From an uncultured bacterium (GTDB lineage Bacteria > Bacteroidota > Bacteroidia > B-17B0 > Aurantibacillaceae): 64,000 nt of DNA. Positions 19,871 through 29,149 of the stretch are shown piece by piece. Below the pieces are notes generated by a model. It ran no database searches. It saw only the letters and a program-made list of their open reading frames with translations, and was not told the origin of the DNA. A program made the position numbers and the translations under genes. The stretch lies in assembly GCA_966211905.1 (NCBI GenBank), contig CBIHOL010000011.1, forward strand, positions 1,901-65,900. Reading direction: 5' to 3'. Position 1 is the first letter of the stretch, and each line of letters starts with the position of its first letter.

Positions 19871-22612
19871 ATGCTTAACCGGTTTCTGATAATCATCAGT
19901 TTTTTATTTTGTGTGAGCACCTCTGTGTATGCCACTCACAACAGGGCAGGGGAGATCACGTATAAACGTATTCCACCATATTCCGACGTTGTTGGAGGGG
20001 TAACTGTTCCGCGTTACACGTACCTTATAACAATCACTAAATACACCGATCATGGACCCGGAGTGGCCGACAGGTGTGTTGACACAGTGTATTTCGGGGA
20101 TGGAGAAAGAGGAATTGCTGCGCGAATAAACGGGCCTGCTGTTCCATGTGATTGTGGTAAGTTTAATAATGTACAGGTTGGCTGCGGGGAGATCATTATT
20201 AATACGTTCGGGGTATCAGATTCTTTTATTGTAAAACTGAATACCTATACCATCACGCACACGTATGCCGGACCAGGATCATACCTGTTGCGCTCATTGG
20301 ATCCTAACAGGAACCAGGGCGTTAAAAATATTCCGAACTCGGTGAACGTACCATTTTACGTTGAGTCCTTGCTGATCATTAATAGTTTTTCCGGCGCAAA
20401 CAGTTCCCCGGTTTTTGATTTTACACCGATCGACCGTGGATGCGTGCGCGAATGTTTTGAGCATAACCCCGGAGCTTTTGATCCTGATGATGACAGCCTG
20501 AGTTATGAGCTCACGGATTCGAAAGGTGAATTCGGCAACCCGATAAAAGGATACGTGCGGCCTGATCCCGGCCCTGGCGGAACATACACAATACATCCCC
20601 GTACAGGTTTGCTCACCTGGTGCAGCCCCCAGGAAAGCGGAGAATACAACCTGGCATTTATCGTAAAAGAATGGCGGAAGAACACGTCAGGAAAATATAT
20701 TCTCATTGGATATGTTATGCGCGATATGCAGGTCATAATCGTGAATTGCCCGCAAAAAGATCCTCCGGTAATTACATTGCCTGCCGACACCTGTGTTGAA
20801 GCAGGTGCAACCATCGATAAAACTATATGGGTATCTGATCCTAATGGTGACCAGGTTGTTTTTGAAGGAGGCGGCGCGCCGTTTTCCGACACGCCCCCGC
20901 TGGCGAATATAAATCCCACGGTAGGGTCAACTAATAATCCTGCAAAGGGATATGCGGTAAGATTTTTCTGGCAAACAAATTGCGATCATGTTCGCCGGCA
21001 GGAATACCACGCCACTTTTAAGGCTATGGACAATGGTTTCCCGGTGAAACAAGTTACATTCAGAACCTACATCATTAAAATAGTTCCCCCTGCAATTAAG
21101 AATGTAACAGCAGTACCTTTTGGCAGCAGCATCCGTGTTTCGTGGGATTTTGCCACATGTATTCCTGCAACAAATCCTGTAGTATCTTATATGATATACC
21201 GGAAGAACGGCTGTGATCCGTTTCAGTTCACGCCTTGCCAGGTGGGAGTCTCTCCAACGTCAGGATATGTTTTGGTAAAGGACACGACATCAAACGTGTT
21301 CCTGGATGATAACCATGGGAATGGACTTGTAGTGGGCGAGAACTACAGCTACCTGGTGGTGGCCAGGTATCTTGATGGTACCGAAACTTACGCCAGTGTT
21401 CCCGCCTGTGCTAAACTAAAAAGAGATGTGCCGGTGATCTTAAATGTTGATATACAGGAAACATCCGAAACCCAGGGCAAGATCTGGGTTCGCTGGACCC
21501 GGCCATTACTTTCAAAAGGTAATTTTGACACCACTGTCTTTAAAGGTCCGTACCGCTTTGACGTTGTTCACAGGTCGGCGAACTCTTCCAGCATATCTAC
21601 AGTGTTTACTACAACTGCAAATACTATTTTTAGCCTTGATACAGCTTTTACACATACCAATGTAAACACTACTGCCGGAAACGAGGAATACCTCATTCAA
21701 TTTAGTGCCGGAACCATCACTGTCGGTAACTCGCAGAGGGCAAGTTCAGTATTTTTAAAAACTACAGTCTCCGACAGGAGGATAGATCTCGAATGGAATT
21801 CGCAGACGCCATGGAACAACAAAGAATATACAGTATTAAGAAAAGATCCGGCAGGCTCTGCCTTCCTGGCCCTGGGAACAACTACCGCTACTTCATATGT
21901 GGATGACAAGAATCTTGAGAACGGGCTGATATACTGTTATAAGATCCTTGCCAATGGCGAGTATTCAGATCCGCAGATCTTCAGGCCGCTGTTAAACAAT
22001 TCGCAGGAAGTGTGTACTACTCCAATTGACCGCACCCCTCCTGCAACTCCGACTCTCGCTGTAGAGGCTGACTGTCCTGAAGGATCTGTTTTTGTTTATT
22101 GGGACATGGCCGACAAAAATTATCCTAACGATGACGTGAGCCAATATTCGTTGTATCATAAATCCACTTACACAGGCGAATACCTGGAAGTTGCGTTTGG
22201 AAAGATCAATAACAAGGAATTCAGGGATCTTGAAGAAGTGTCGGGATGTTATGCGGTGCAGGCTGTTGATGTGAATGGGAACAGAAGCATTTTAAGCGAG
22301 GATGTGTGTATTGACAACTGTCCGGCGTTTGAATTGCCAAACCTGTTTACACCAAATGGCGATGATAAGAATGACAATTATAAGGCGGTAATAGTGCGAC
22401 AGATCAAGGAGATCAACCTTGTGATCGTAGATCGCTGGGGAGCCGCTATTTACAGGACCACCGATCCATATTTTAAATGGAACGGAGTGAGCGCGTTAAC
22501 CAGCAAGCCTGTTGATGAGGGAACCTATTTTTATACCTGCGAAGTTTTTGAACCGAGACTTAAAGGAGTAGTTAAGCGCACTCTAAGGGGTTACGTGCAT
22601 GTGGCACGATAA
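19871..22612 (+). CDS. Large surface protein with a T9SS type B (gliding-motility-associated) C-terminal domain
   Basis: Signal peptide, then ATHNRAGEITY. Fibronectin-III-like middle region. C-terminus LPNLFTPNGDDKNDNY...VIVDRWGAAIYR...WNG...EGTYFYTCEVF matches the type B CTD pattern. Confidence 0.8.
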   Translation: MLNRFLIIISFLFCVSTSVYATHNRAGEITYKRIPPYSDVVGGVTVPRYTYLITITKYTDHGPGVADRCVDTVYFGDGERGIAARINGPAVPCDCGKFNNVQVGCGEIIINTFGVSDSFIVKLNTYTITHTYAGPGSYLLRSLDPNRNQGVKNIPNSVNVPFYVESLLIINSFSGANSSPVFDFTPIDRGCVRECFEHNPGAFDPDDDSLSYELTDSKGEFGNPIKGYVRPDPGPGGTYTIHPRTGLLTWCSPQESGEYNLAFIVKEWRKNTSGKYILIGYVMRDMQVIIVNCPQKDPPVITLPADTCVEAGATIDKTIWVSDPNGDQVVFEGGGAPFSDTPPLANINPTVGSTNNPAKGYAVRFFWQTNCDHVRRQEYHATFKAMDNGFPVKQVTFRTYIIKIVPPAIKNVTAVPFGSSIRVSWDFATCIPATNPVVSYMIYRKNGCDPFQFTPCQVGVSPTSGYVLVKDTTSNVFLDDNHGNGLVVGENYSYLVVARYLDGTETYASVPACAKLKRDVPVILNVDIQETSETQGKIWVRWTRPLLSKGNFDTTVFKGPYRFDVVHRSANSSSISTVFTTTANTIFSLDTAFTHTNVNTTAGNEEYLIQFSAGTITVGNSQRASSVFLKTTVSDRRIDLEWNSQTPWNNKEYTVLRKDPAGSAFLALGTTTATSYVDDKNLENGLIYCYKILANGEYSDPQIFRPLLNNSQEVCTTPIDRTPPATPTLAVEADCPEGSVFVYWDMADKNYPNDDVSQYSLYHKSTYTGEYLEVAFGKINNKEFRDLEEVSGCYAVQAVDVNGNRSILSEDVCIDNCPAFELPNLFTPNGDDKNDNYKAVIVRQIKEINLVIVDRWGAAIYRTTDPYFKWNGVSALTSKPVDEGTYFYTCEVFEPRLKGVVKRTLRGYVHVAR

Positions 22613-22629
22613 ACCCGCCTGACTTATTT

Positions 22630-23823
22630 ATGAAATTATACAAAAACCTGGTCAGCGCTATCGCAACCACCTTACAGGAGATCTTTAATAATAACCGCTA
22701 CGCCGATAAGGCGCTGGAAAGGCTTCTGAAACAAAATGCCAAGTGGGGAAGCCGCGATCGCCGCTTTGTGGCAGAAGCTGTTTATGATATCGTTCGCAAT
22801 TACAGGCTTTATGCTCACCTTGCAGGTAATCCGAAAAATTACTGGTTCATCACCGCGGTGTGGCTTGTGGTAAAGCACCGTGAAGTGCCTGCCTGGCAGG
22901 AGTTTCAGCATGTTGATCCCGATTTTATTTTAATGAAGGAAGCAGAAGCGAAGCAAAACCCCGCGCTGTATGAATCGTATCCAGACTGGTTGTGGGAACT
23001 GGGAACTGAAGAAATTGGGGCAGAAACATGGGCGCAGGAAGCGAAGGCCATGAACTCACAGGCATCTGTGTATTTACGTGTAAACACCCTCAAAACTTCA
23101 CGAAAGAAATTACAGCAGGCCCTGCTCGAAGATAAGATCGAAACTCTTGAAGTGGAGGGAGTAGACACCGCATTGGAACTGAAAAAAAGAGAGAACATCT
23201 TTCAGCATGTCTTGTTCAGGGAAGGCTGGTTTGAAGTGCAGGATGCAGGCTCGCAAATGATCAGCGATTTTCTGGGTGTGAAGAGCAACGAACTGGTTAT
23301 TGATGCGTGCGCAGGGGCCGGTGGCAAAAGTCTACACCTGGCTGCTCTTATGGGTAACAAGGGAAAAGTGATCAGCCTTGACGTTGAACAATGGAAACTG
23401 GACGAATTGAAAAAAAGAGCACGAAGGGCAGGGGCATTTAATATAGAAACAAAACTTATTACCGACAAAACAATCAGCTCGCTCAGCAAAAAAGCCGATA
23501 AGCTGCTGCTCGATGTGCCTTGCAGCGGCCTGGGGGTGCTGAAGAGAAATCCCGATGCCAAATGGAAACTAAGTCCCGAGGTTGTAGACAGGACACGTGC
23601 CCTCCAGAAAAAGATCCTTTGGGAGTACTGTGAAATGGTGAAAGAAGGAGGCTACCTGGTTTACAGTACCTGCAGCATCTTGCCTTCGGAAAATAATCAG
23701 CAGGTGGAATCTTTCATTAATGAAAGACCGGAATTCAAATTGCTAACCGAAAAAACTCTTTATCCAAGCCAGGGATTTGACGGCTTCTACATGGCATTGC
23801 TTAAAAGAGAATTTAAAGCCTGA
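22630..23823 (+). CDS. RsmB/NOP2/Sun-family SAM-dependent RNA m5C methyltransferase
   Basis: NusB-like N-terminal region, SAM-binding motif IDACAGAGGKS, and catalytic-Cys motifs DVPCSGLG and YSTCS. Confidence 0.8.
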   Translation: MKLYKNLVSAIATTLQEIFNNNRYADKALERLLKQNAKWGSRDRRFVAEAVYDIVRNYRLYAHLAGNPKNYWFITAVWLVVKHREVPAWQEFQHVDPDFILMKEAEAKQNPALYESYPDWLWELGTEEIGAETWAQEAKAMNSQASVYLRVNTLKTSRKKLQQALLEDKIETLEVEGVDTALELKKRENIFQHVLFREGWFEVQDAGSQMISDFLGVKSNELVIDACAGAGGKSLHLAALMGNKGKVISLDVEQWKLDELKKRARRAGAFNIETKLITDKTISSLSKKADKLLLDVPCSGLGVLKRNPDAKWKLSPEVVDRTRALQKKILWEYCEMVKEGGYLVYSTCSILPSENNQQVESFINERPEFKLLTEKTLYPSQGFDGFYMALLKREFKA

Positions 23824-24636
23824 TCATTTTATTTCCACTGAATTGATGATCTCGTGGCCGAGATATTTTTCCAGGATCTCTTTGTAGATCTTTGTTGAAG
23901 TAAACCCGAAACCGCTTTCCAGGAACTCGTTGAGATTTGATAAATGAGTTCCGTTCTTTGGCGTAATAAACGCCATAAAGTCTTTCGGTTCACTGAATGC
24001 CTTCTGCATTTTAAGGAACTTATGCTGGTTCTTTTTTATGAATGCCCAGTATGCCACTATATCCACGTAACCGAAGGAGAGAGGGTTTGCTGCAATATTT
24101 GAAAGAACCTGCTCCTGGTTCTCAGTGTAATTAACCTTCAGGTTGGGAGAATATTTCTTTTTTATCTGCTCAATATATGCGGCATGACTTGATCCGCGGA
24201 CAACGTAAGCCGCCAACTTTTCCATTGTTGCTTTGGCATCACGGATCTCTGATGATTTCATCGTTTGAACAGTTCCAGGGGTGATCATTACGGCAACATT
24301 CTGTAAATATGGAGCACTGAAGTTCACTTCCTTTTCCCGGTCTGTTGTGCTGGTAACAGAACCCAGGCCGATTATATATTCAGGACCGCTTTTTACAGCA
24401 TTATAAAAAGAGTTGAATTCTTTATACGCATGATAAACCGGCTTCAAATTCATATGTTTTTTATTTTTCAGCCATTTTATGTACTCGTTCATGATGTCCA
24501 CTTCAATTCCCTTCACAGTACCATTGTCGTTGAATGAGTATGGATAATTCTCGAAATAATGTATAACCAGCGAATCGGTCTGCGCCCGAAAACAGGTAGC
24601 CAGTAACAGGAAGCATAAAATCAGTGATTTTTTCAT
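23824..24636 (-). CDS. Periplasmic solute-binding protein (family 3 type, amino-acid-binding-like)
   Basis: 270 aa with a signal peptide and a bilobed SBP-like sequence (PYSFNDNGTVKGIEVDI..., FSAPYL). No adjacent permease or ATPase gene. Confidence 0.65.
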   Translation of the reverse strand: MKKSLILCFLLLATCFRAQTDSLVIHYFENYPYSFNDNGTVKGIEVDIMNEYIKWLKNKKHMNLKPVYHAYKEFNSFYNAVKSGPEYIIGLGSVTSTTDREKEVNFSAPYLQNVAVMITPGTVQTMKSSEIRDAKATMEKLAAYVVRGSSHAAYIEQIKKKYSPNLKVNYTENQEQVLSNIAANPLSFGYVDIVAYWAFIKKNQHKFLKMQKAFSEPKDFMAFITPKNGTHLSNLNEFLESGFGFTSTKIYKEILEKYLGHEIINSVEIK

Positions 24637-24776
24637 GATGTTTTTTTGGGATTAAAGCTGGGGATAAATTCCTGATCCTGCACCTTCCCGGCTTTAAGGT
24701 TTGACCAACCTATTGTTAATAAAGGATTACCCTTATCAAATTGCATTGCGCAAGCCGGCAATTCAATGATATAAAC

Positions 24777-24784
24777 TAAATTTG
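24777..24784 (+). promoter_or_regulatory. Candidate -7 box (TAAATTTG) upstream of the rhodanese-cysQ pair
   Basis: Matches TAnnTTTG, 13 nt upstream of the TTG start at 24798. Confidence 0.3.
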
Positions 24785-24797
24785 ACAAAAAATCGTC

Positions 24798-25184
24798 TTG
24801 AGGATCCTTATACTAGCATTCGTTTTTCTGGCATTTGTTTCCAGAGCCCAGGAAGTTGTTCAAAATGTGGATGCTCCTTCCTTTCAGAAATTGATTGCCA
24901 CAGGTGAATACGAATTGATTGATCTGAGAACACCTGGTGAAATTGACAAAAAAGGAAAGATCGCGGGGGCAAAAGAAATTGATTTCCTGGCACCTGATGC
25001 GGAAAAGCAGATCGCCGGTCTGGATCATGCGAAAAAATACCTGCTCTATTGCGCGGGGGGTGGCAGGAGCGCCGACTGTGGGGTGCTTATGACAGAAGCA
25101 GGTTTTAAAAATATAATTAACCTGGTTGGAGGTTTTGATGCCTGGTCAAAAAAAGGTCTGCCTGTTGAACATAAGAAACAATGA
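24798..25184 (+). CDS. Secreted single-domain rhodanese-like sulfurtransferase
   Basis: 128 aa with signal peptide MRILILAFVFLAFVSRAQ (TTG start). Active-site loop LLYCAGGGRS. The fold ends GGFDAWSKKGLP. Confidence 0.75.
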   Translation: MRILILAFVFLAFVSRAQEVVQNVDAPSFQKLIATGEYELIDLRTPGEIDKKGKIAGAKEIDFLAPDAEKQIAGLDHAKKYLLYCAGGGRSADCGVLMTEAGFKNIINLVGGFDAWSKKGLPVEHKKQ

Positions 25185-26014
25185 ACCACGAAGACCTTTT
25201 AAAATTAGCGGTAAAGGCAGCTCTGCGGGCCGGGGAAGAGATTTTAAAGGTATATGAAACCGATTTTTATGTAGAAACCAAATCGGATAACACTCCTGTA
25301 ACCATTGCCGACAGAATATCAGGTCGCTGTATCACCTCCATTTTGCAGGAAACCGGCATCCCCATTATCAGCGAAGAAGAATCGGTGCCCGATTACGATG
25401 TCCGTAAGCACTGGACCTCATTATGGATGGTAGATCCATTAGATGGCACCAAGGAATATGTAAAAAGGAACGGTGAGTTTGCCGTCAATATTGCGCTCGT
25501 GGAAAACAATGAGCCGGTTATCGGTGTAATCTATGCCCCGGTATTTAAAGATATTTATTTCGGCGCAAGGGGTCTTGGCAGCTATAAGATCACGCAGAAC
25601 GATGTGATAACAGAGTTGACAAAGAAGAACCTTCCTGACAATCTTTTTGAGTTTGCGCGACGCCTCCCGTTGCAGGCCCCGCCTAAGAATTACACAGTGG
25701 TGGCTAGCCGCTCACACCTGAGTACAGAAATAAACAGCCGTATCGGAAAATTTGAAAATATGTACGGGGAAGTTAACCTCATTAATATAGGCAGCAGTAT
25801 CAAACAATGCTGGGTGGCTGAAGGCAGGGCACATGAATACCCGCGATTCGGAAAAACCATGGAATGGGATACTGCCGCAGGTCAATGTATCCTTGAAGAG
25901 GCAGGTAGCGCGCTTATAGATCTCCACACCGATAAACCAATGCGTTACAATAAGGAGCAGATGATGAACAACTTTTTTGTGGCGCTGCATAATGCCCGCA
26001 GTCGCACCAATTAG
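25181..26014 (+). CDS. cysQ: 3'(2'),5'-bisphosphate nucleotidase (inositol monophosphatase family)
   Basis: IMPase-family motifs [16 protein letters not shown] and WDTAAG. Its ATG overlaps the rhodanese stop (ATGA at 25181-25184). Confidence 0.8.
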   Translation: MNHEDLLKLAVKAALRAGEEILKVYETDFYVETKSDNTPVTIADRISGRCITSILQETGIPIISEEESVPDYDVRKHWTSLWMVDPLDGTKEYVKRNGEFAVNIALVENNEPVIGVIYAPVFKDIYFGARGLGSYKITQNDVITELTKKNLPDNLFEFARRLPLQAPPKNYTVVASRSHLSTEINSRIGKFENMYGEVNLINIGSSIKQCWVAEGRAHEYPRFGKTMEWDTAAGQCILEEAGSALIDLHTDKPMRYNKEQMMNNFFVALHNARSRTN

Positions 26015-27195
26015 CCGTTTGAAACTCCTGTTACTGTTACTTGTGAGGCCAGGTCCACAGCTCTTTGCTTAACTTTCTCAACATCTGAATTCTTATTGTC
26101 ATATGTAAGAACGACTGCCATGCGTCGGTTTAAACGCAATGTTGGTTTGTTGAAGACCCTTATATCACACTTTGGCTCTTGCAGGATCTTTTCAATATTG
26201 CTGAACCGGGGATGAGTACCATTTTCTTTTGAAAGAATAACGGCTGAACACCCTGTTCGTTCGAGTGTTATTTCCGGTATCGGTAAACGCAGCACTGCGC
26301 GGGCGTGTAATTCGAACTCATTAAGATTTTGTGTGCCGGCAAGTGTAACCATGCCGGTATCATGGGGACGGGGCGATAGCTCACTGAAATAAACGCCACC
26401 GGGGGCGAGAAAAAATTCAACACCCCAGATGCCAAAACCGGTGAGTGCTGCAGTTACGCGGCCTGCCATGTCTTCGGCTTCCTTTAAGTGTGAGCTGCTG
26501 ATTGCGCAAGGCTGCCAGCTTTCCATGTAATCACCACGCTCCTGGCGGTGACCAATAGGAGGGCAAAATAATGTGGGTCCGTTCTGCTGCGTTACTGTAA
26601 GAAGAGTGATCTCAGAATCAAATTTTATAAACTCCTCTATGATCACTTCCCTGTAGTCGCCGCGCGAACCTTCAATGGCGTAGTTCCAGGCTTTATCAAT
26701 ATCATTCTCGTTTTTTATGGTGCTTTGTCCTTTGCCGCTGCTGCTCATCAGCGGTTTAACCACGCATGGGATCCCAATGTCAGCAACGCCATCACGAAAT
26801 TCCTGGAGAGAGGTTGCATAAGCATACCGCGCAGTTTTAAGTCCAAGTTCTTTTGAGGCCAGGTCGCGGATAGCCTTCCTGTTCATTGTGAAGTTTGCAG
26901 CGCGCGCGCTTGGAACTACAGTAATACCCTGTTTTTCGTAATCGTAAAATCTCTCTGTTCTTATTGCTTCGATCTCCGGGATAATAATATCCGGCTGGTG
27001 TTTTTTCACTATGGCATCAAGTGCAGTTCCGTCGAGCATGTTTATGACCTCATATTCGTGCGCAACCTGCATGGCGGGCGCTCCTTCGTAACTATCAACA
27101 GCCACAACATACTGTCCAAGTCTTTGCAGTGAGATAACCAGCTCTTTGCCGAGTTCACCGCTGCCAAGCAACATTAATTTTCGCTGGTACGCCAT
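26011..27195 (-). CDS. purT: Formate-dependent phosphoribosylglycinamide formyltransferase
   Basis: 394 aa. N-terminus [12 protein letters not shown] with an ATP-grasp body ([14 protein letters not shown]...). Its stop overlaps the cysQ stop within TTAG at 26011-26014. Confidence 0.9.
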   Translation of the reverse strand: MAYQRKLMLLGSGELGKELVISLQRLGQYVVAVDSYEGAPAMQVAHEYEVINMLDGTALDAIVKKHQPDIIIPEIEAIRTERFYDYEKQGITVVPSARAANFTMNRKAIRDLASKELGLKTARYAYATSLQEFRDGVADIGIPCVVKPLMSSSGKGQSTIKNENDIDKAWNYAIEGSRGDYREVIIEEFIKFDSEITLLTVTQQNGPTLFCPPIGHRQERGDYMESWQPCAISSSHLKEAEDMAGRVTAALTGFGIWGVEFFLAPGGVYFSELSPRPHDTGMVTLAGTQNLNEFELHARAVLRLPIPEITLERTGCSAVILSKENGTHPRFSNIEKILQEPKCDIRVFNKPTLRLNRRMAVVLTYDNKNSDVEKVKQRAVDLASQVTVTGVSNG

Positions 27196-27223
27196 TAGTT
27201 TATTGTTAAGATGATAATGAAGA

Positions 27224-27874
27224 TCAATTATTAAAACCCACGTTTACTGTTTCAGGATATTTATCGTGGAAGATCGCGTAAAAAGTGTAGCCTGCAATTA
27301 ATCCTATTGTTCCACCCACCACCGACCTGATCTTGCGTTTTTGTCTTGCCACACGTTCGTATCCCAGGATGTATGCGTCGCTTTGCACGTAATTCGGATT
27401 ACTGATGGTTGAAGCTTTGATCCGCACTTTGGGAATACCACTTAAAGCCATAAATCCGTAAGGAGCTACAGGTCCCCAGATAGTACCCGACATGCCTCCC
27501 AGGAACCCTGCGATAGCAGCGCCAATAAATGCGCCGTTAGCTTTAAATCCTTTTCTTCCGTCGGTCTCACCTTTCATGTACATCCACATTTCATCCTTTG
27601 TGAACCAGTTGCCGATGGTTGAATCCTGCTGATAATAATATCTTTTTCTTCCGCTCGCGAATTTTACCATGTACAATTGGTCCCATTCGTAATGGATTAC
27701 CTTGTGCGGTTTTTCGGGATGCGCAATTGTAACAGTAGTGAAAGTTGTATCGAGGATCTTTTGTCCTATCACATGCCCGTTCATAAGGAACACTGTATCC
27801 TGCACATTTTTGGTTTGAGAAAAAGACGGAAGAGCGGCTAAAAGGAGCAGTGAATAGAAGAACTTGAATTGCAT
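27224..27874 (-). CDS. Hypothetical exported/membrane protein
   Basis: 216 aa with a signal peptide, Gly-rich hydrophobic segments ([22 protein letters not shown] and [18 protein letters not shown]), and no family I recognise. Confidence 0.5.
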   Translation of the reverse strand: MQFKFFYSLLLLAALPSFSQTKNVQDTVFLMNGHVIGQKILDTTFTTVTIAHPEKPHKVIHYEWDQLYMVKFASGRKRYYYQQDSTIGNWFTKDEMWMYMKGETDGRKGFKANGAFIGAAIAGFLGGMSGTIWGPVAPYGFMALSGIPKVRIKASTISNPNYVQSDAYILGYERVARQKRKIRSVVGGTIGLIAGYTFYAIFHDKYPETVNVGFNN

Positions 27875-27910
27875 GCGTAAATATACCGGAAATAAAAAAG
27901 TAAGTAAAAA

Positions 27911-29041
27911 TCAGTATCCTATTACCTGTTCCTCTATTCCTGCAGGGATTTCTCTTTCTTCGTACTGCTGGTTGCGGAGCTGAGGTTCAAATCCAGCTTC
28001 CCTTATTGAATCCTGGATCTGGCGATAAGTGAAACGATGTGGTGCCCCGGCGGCGCTCACTACATTTTCTTCGAGCATGATACTGCCAAAATCATTGGCC
28101 CCGGCGTGAAGGCATATCTGCGCAGTGGCTTTTCCAACGGTGAGCCAGCTGGCCTGAATATTCTCGATGTTAGGGAGCATGATCCGGCTTAAAGCGAGCA
28201 TCCTGATATACTCGTCGGAGGTAACATTATTTTTTATGCCTTTAAGGCGGTTAAGCAGTGTTCCGTCGTCCTGGAACGGCCAGGGAATAAATGCCAGGAA
28301 TCCTTTTGCGTTAGCAGGTTTCTGAGCCTGCACATCGCGAAGCCATACAAGGTGCTCAAATCTTTCATAGATCGTTTCTACGTGACCAAACATCATGGTG
28401 GCGCTGGTTGTGATATTGAGCTTGTGTGCAGCTTTCATAATTTCCAGCCATTCCCGTCCGGTGCACTTCCCTTTGCTTATAAGACGTCGTACACGATCAT
28501 TGAGGATCTCAGCGCCAGCTCCGGGTAAACTATCAAGACCGGCATCTACAAGTGCCTTTAAAACTTCGGTATGAGTTGACTTTTCAAGTTTTGTTATGTG
28601 CGCAATCTCAGGTGGCCCAAGGGCGTGTAGCTTTAAATTTGGGTATAAGGATTTTAACTGCCTGAAAAGATCTACGTAATACGAAAGTCCAAGATCGGGA
28701 TGATGTCCGCCCTGCAAAAGGAGTTGCTCGCCCCCGTACCTGAAAGTTTCTTCTATTTTTCGCTTGTATGTAGCAATGTCGGTGACATAACTTTCGGCAT
28801 GTCCCGGTATGCGATAAAAGTTGCAGAACTTGCAGTTAGCAATGCAAACGTTGGTGGTATTAACGTTACGGTCGATGATCCACGTAACTTTAGGAGAGTT
28901 CTTCTTTTTTATCTTTCGCAGTTCGTTAGCCACGAATATCAGTTCGGCACTGGGCGCTTTCTCGAAAAGGAATACACCCTCTTCTATGGTAAGGAATTCG
29001 GAATTCAGCGCTCTCTTAAGTAAGGAATCTACAGTCATCAA
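27911..29041 (-). CDS. Radical SAM enzyme of the futalosine menaquinone pathway (MqnC/MqnE family)
   Basis: CxxxCxxC cluster motif CIANCKFCNF in a CofH/MqnC/MqnE-like layout (GGEQLLLQGGHHP..., LPGAGAEIL, MMFGHVET). I cannot tell MqnC from MqnE by eye. Confidence 0.75.
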   Translation of the reverse strand: MMTVDSLLKRALNSEFLTIEEGVFLFEKAPSAELIFVANELRKIKKKNSPKVTWIIDRNVNTTNVCIANCKFCNFYRIPGHAESYVTDIATYKRKIEETFRYGGEQLLLQGGHHPDLGLSYYVDLFRQLKSLYPNLKLHALGPPEIAHITKLEKSTHTEVLKALVDAGLDSLPGAGAEILNDRVRRLISKGKCTGREWLEIMKAAHKLNITTSATMMFGHVETIYERFEHLVWLRDVQAQKPANAKGFLAFIPWPFQDDGTLLNRLKGIKNNVTSDEYIRMLALSRIMLPNIENIQASWLTVGKATAQICLHAGANDFGSIMLEENVVSAAGAPHRFTYRQIQDSIREAGFEPQLRNQQYEEREIPAGIEEQVIGY

Positions 29042-29093
29042 TGGAGTAATAGGGCAAATTTACCAACTATATTGCAGCAGTAACGTTAAGAAA

Positions 29094-29131
29094 CAAAAAA
29101 ACCCGCCCGGGTTAGACCTGGGCGGGTTTTT
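29094..29131 (-). terminator. Strong GC-rich bidirectional terminator
   Basis: ACCCGCCC (29101-29108) pairs with GGGCGGGT (29120-29127). An A7 run lies upstream and a T5 run downstream. It sits 20 nt past the minus-strand stop at 29150. Confidence 0.8.
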
Positions 29132-29149
29132 AAAGAAGGGGTTCAGAAT

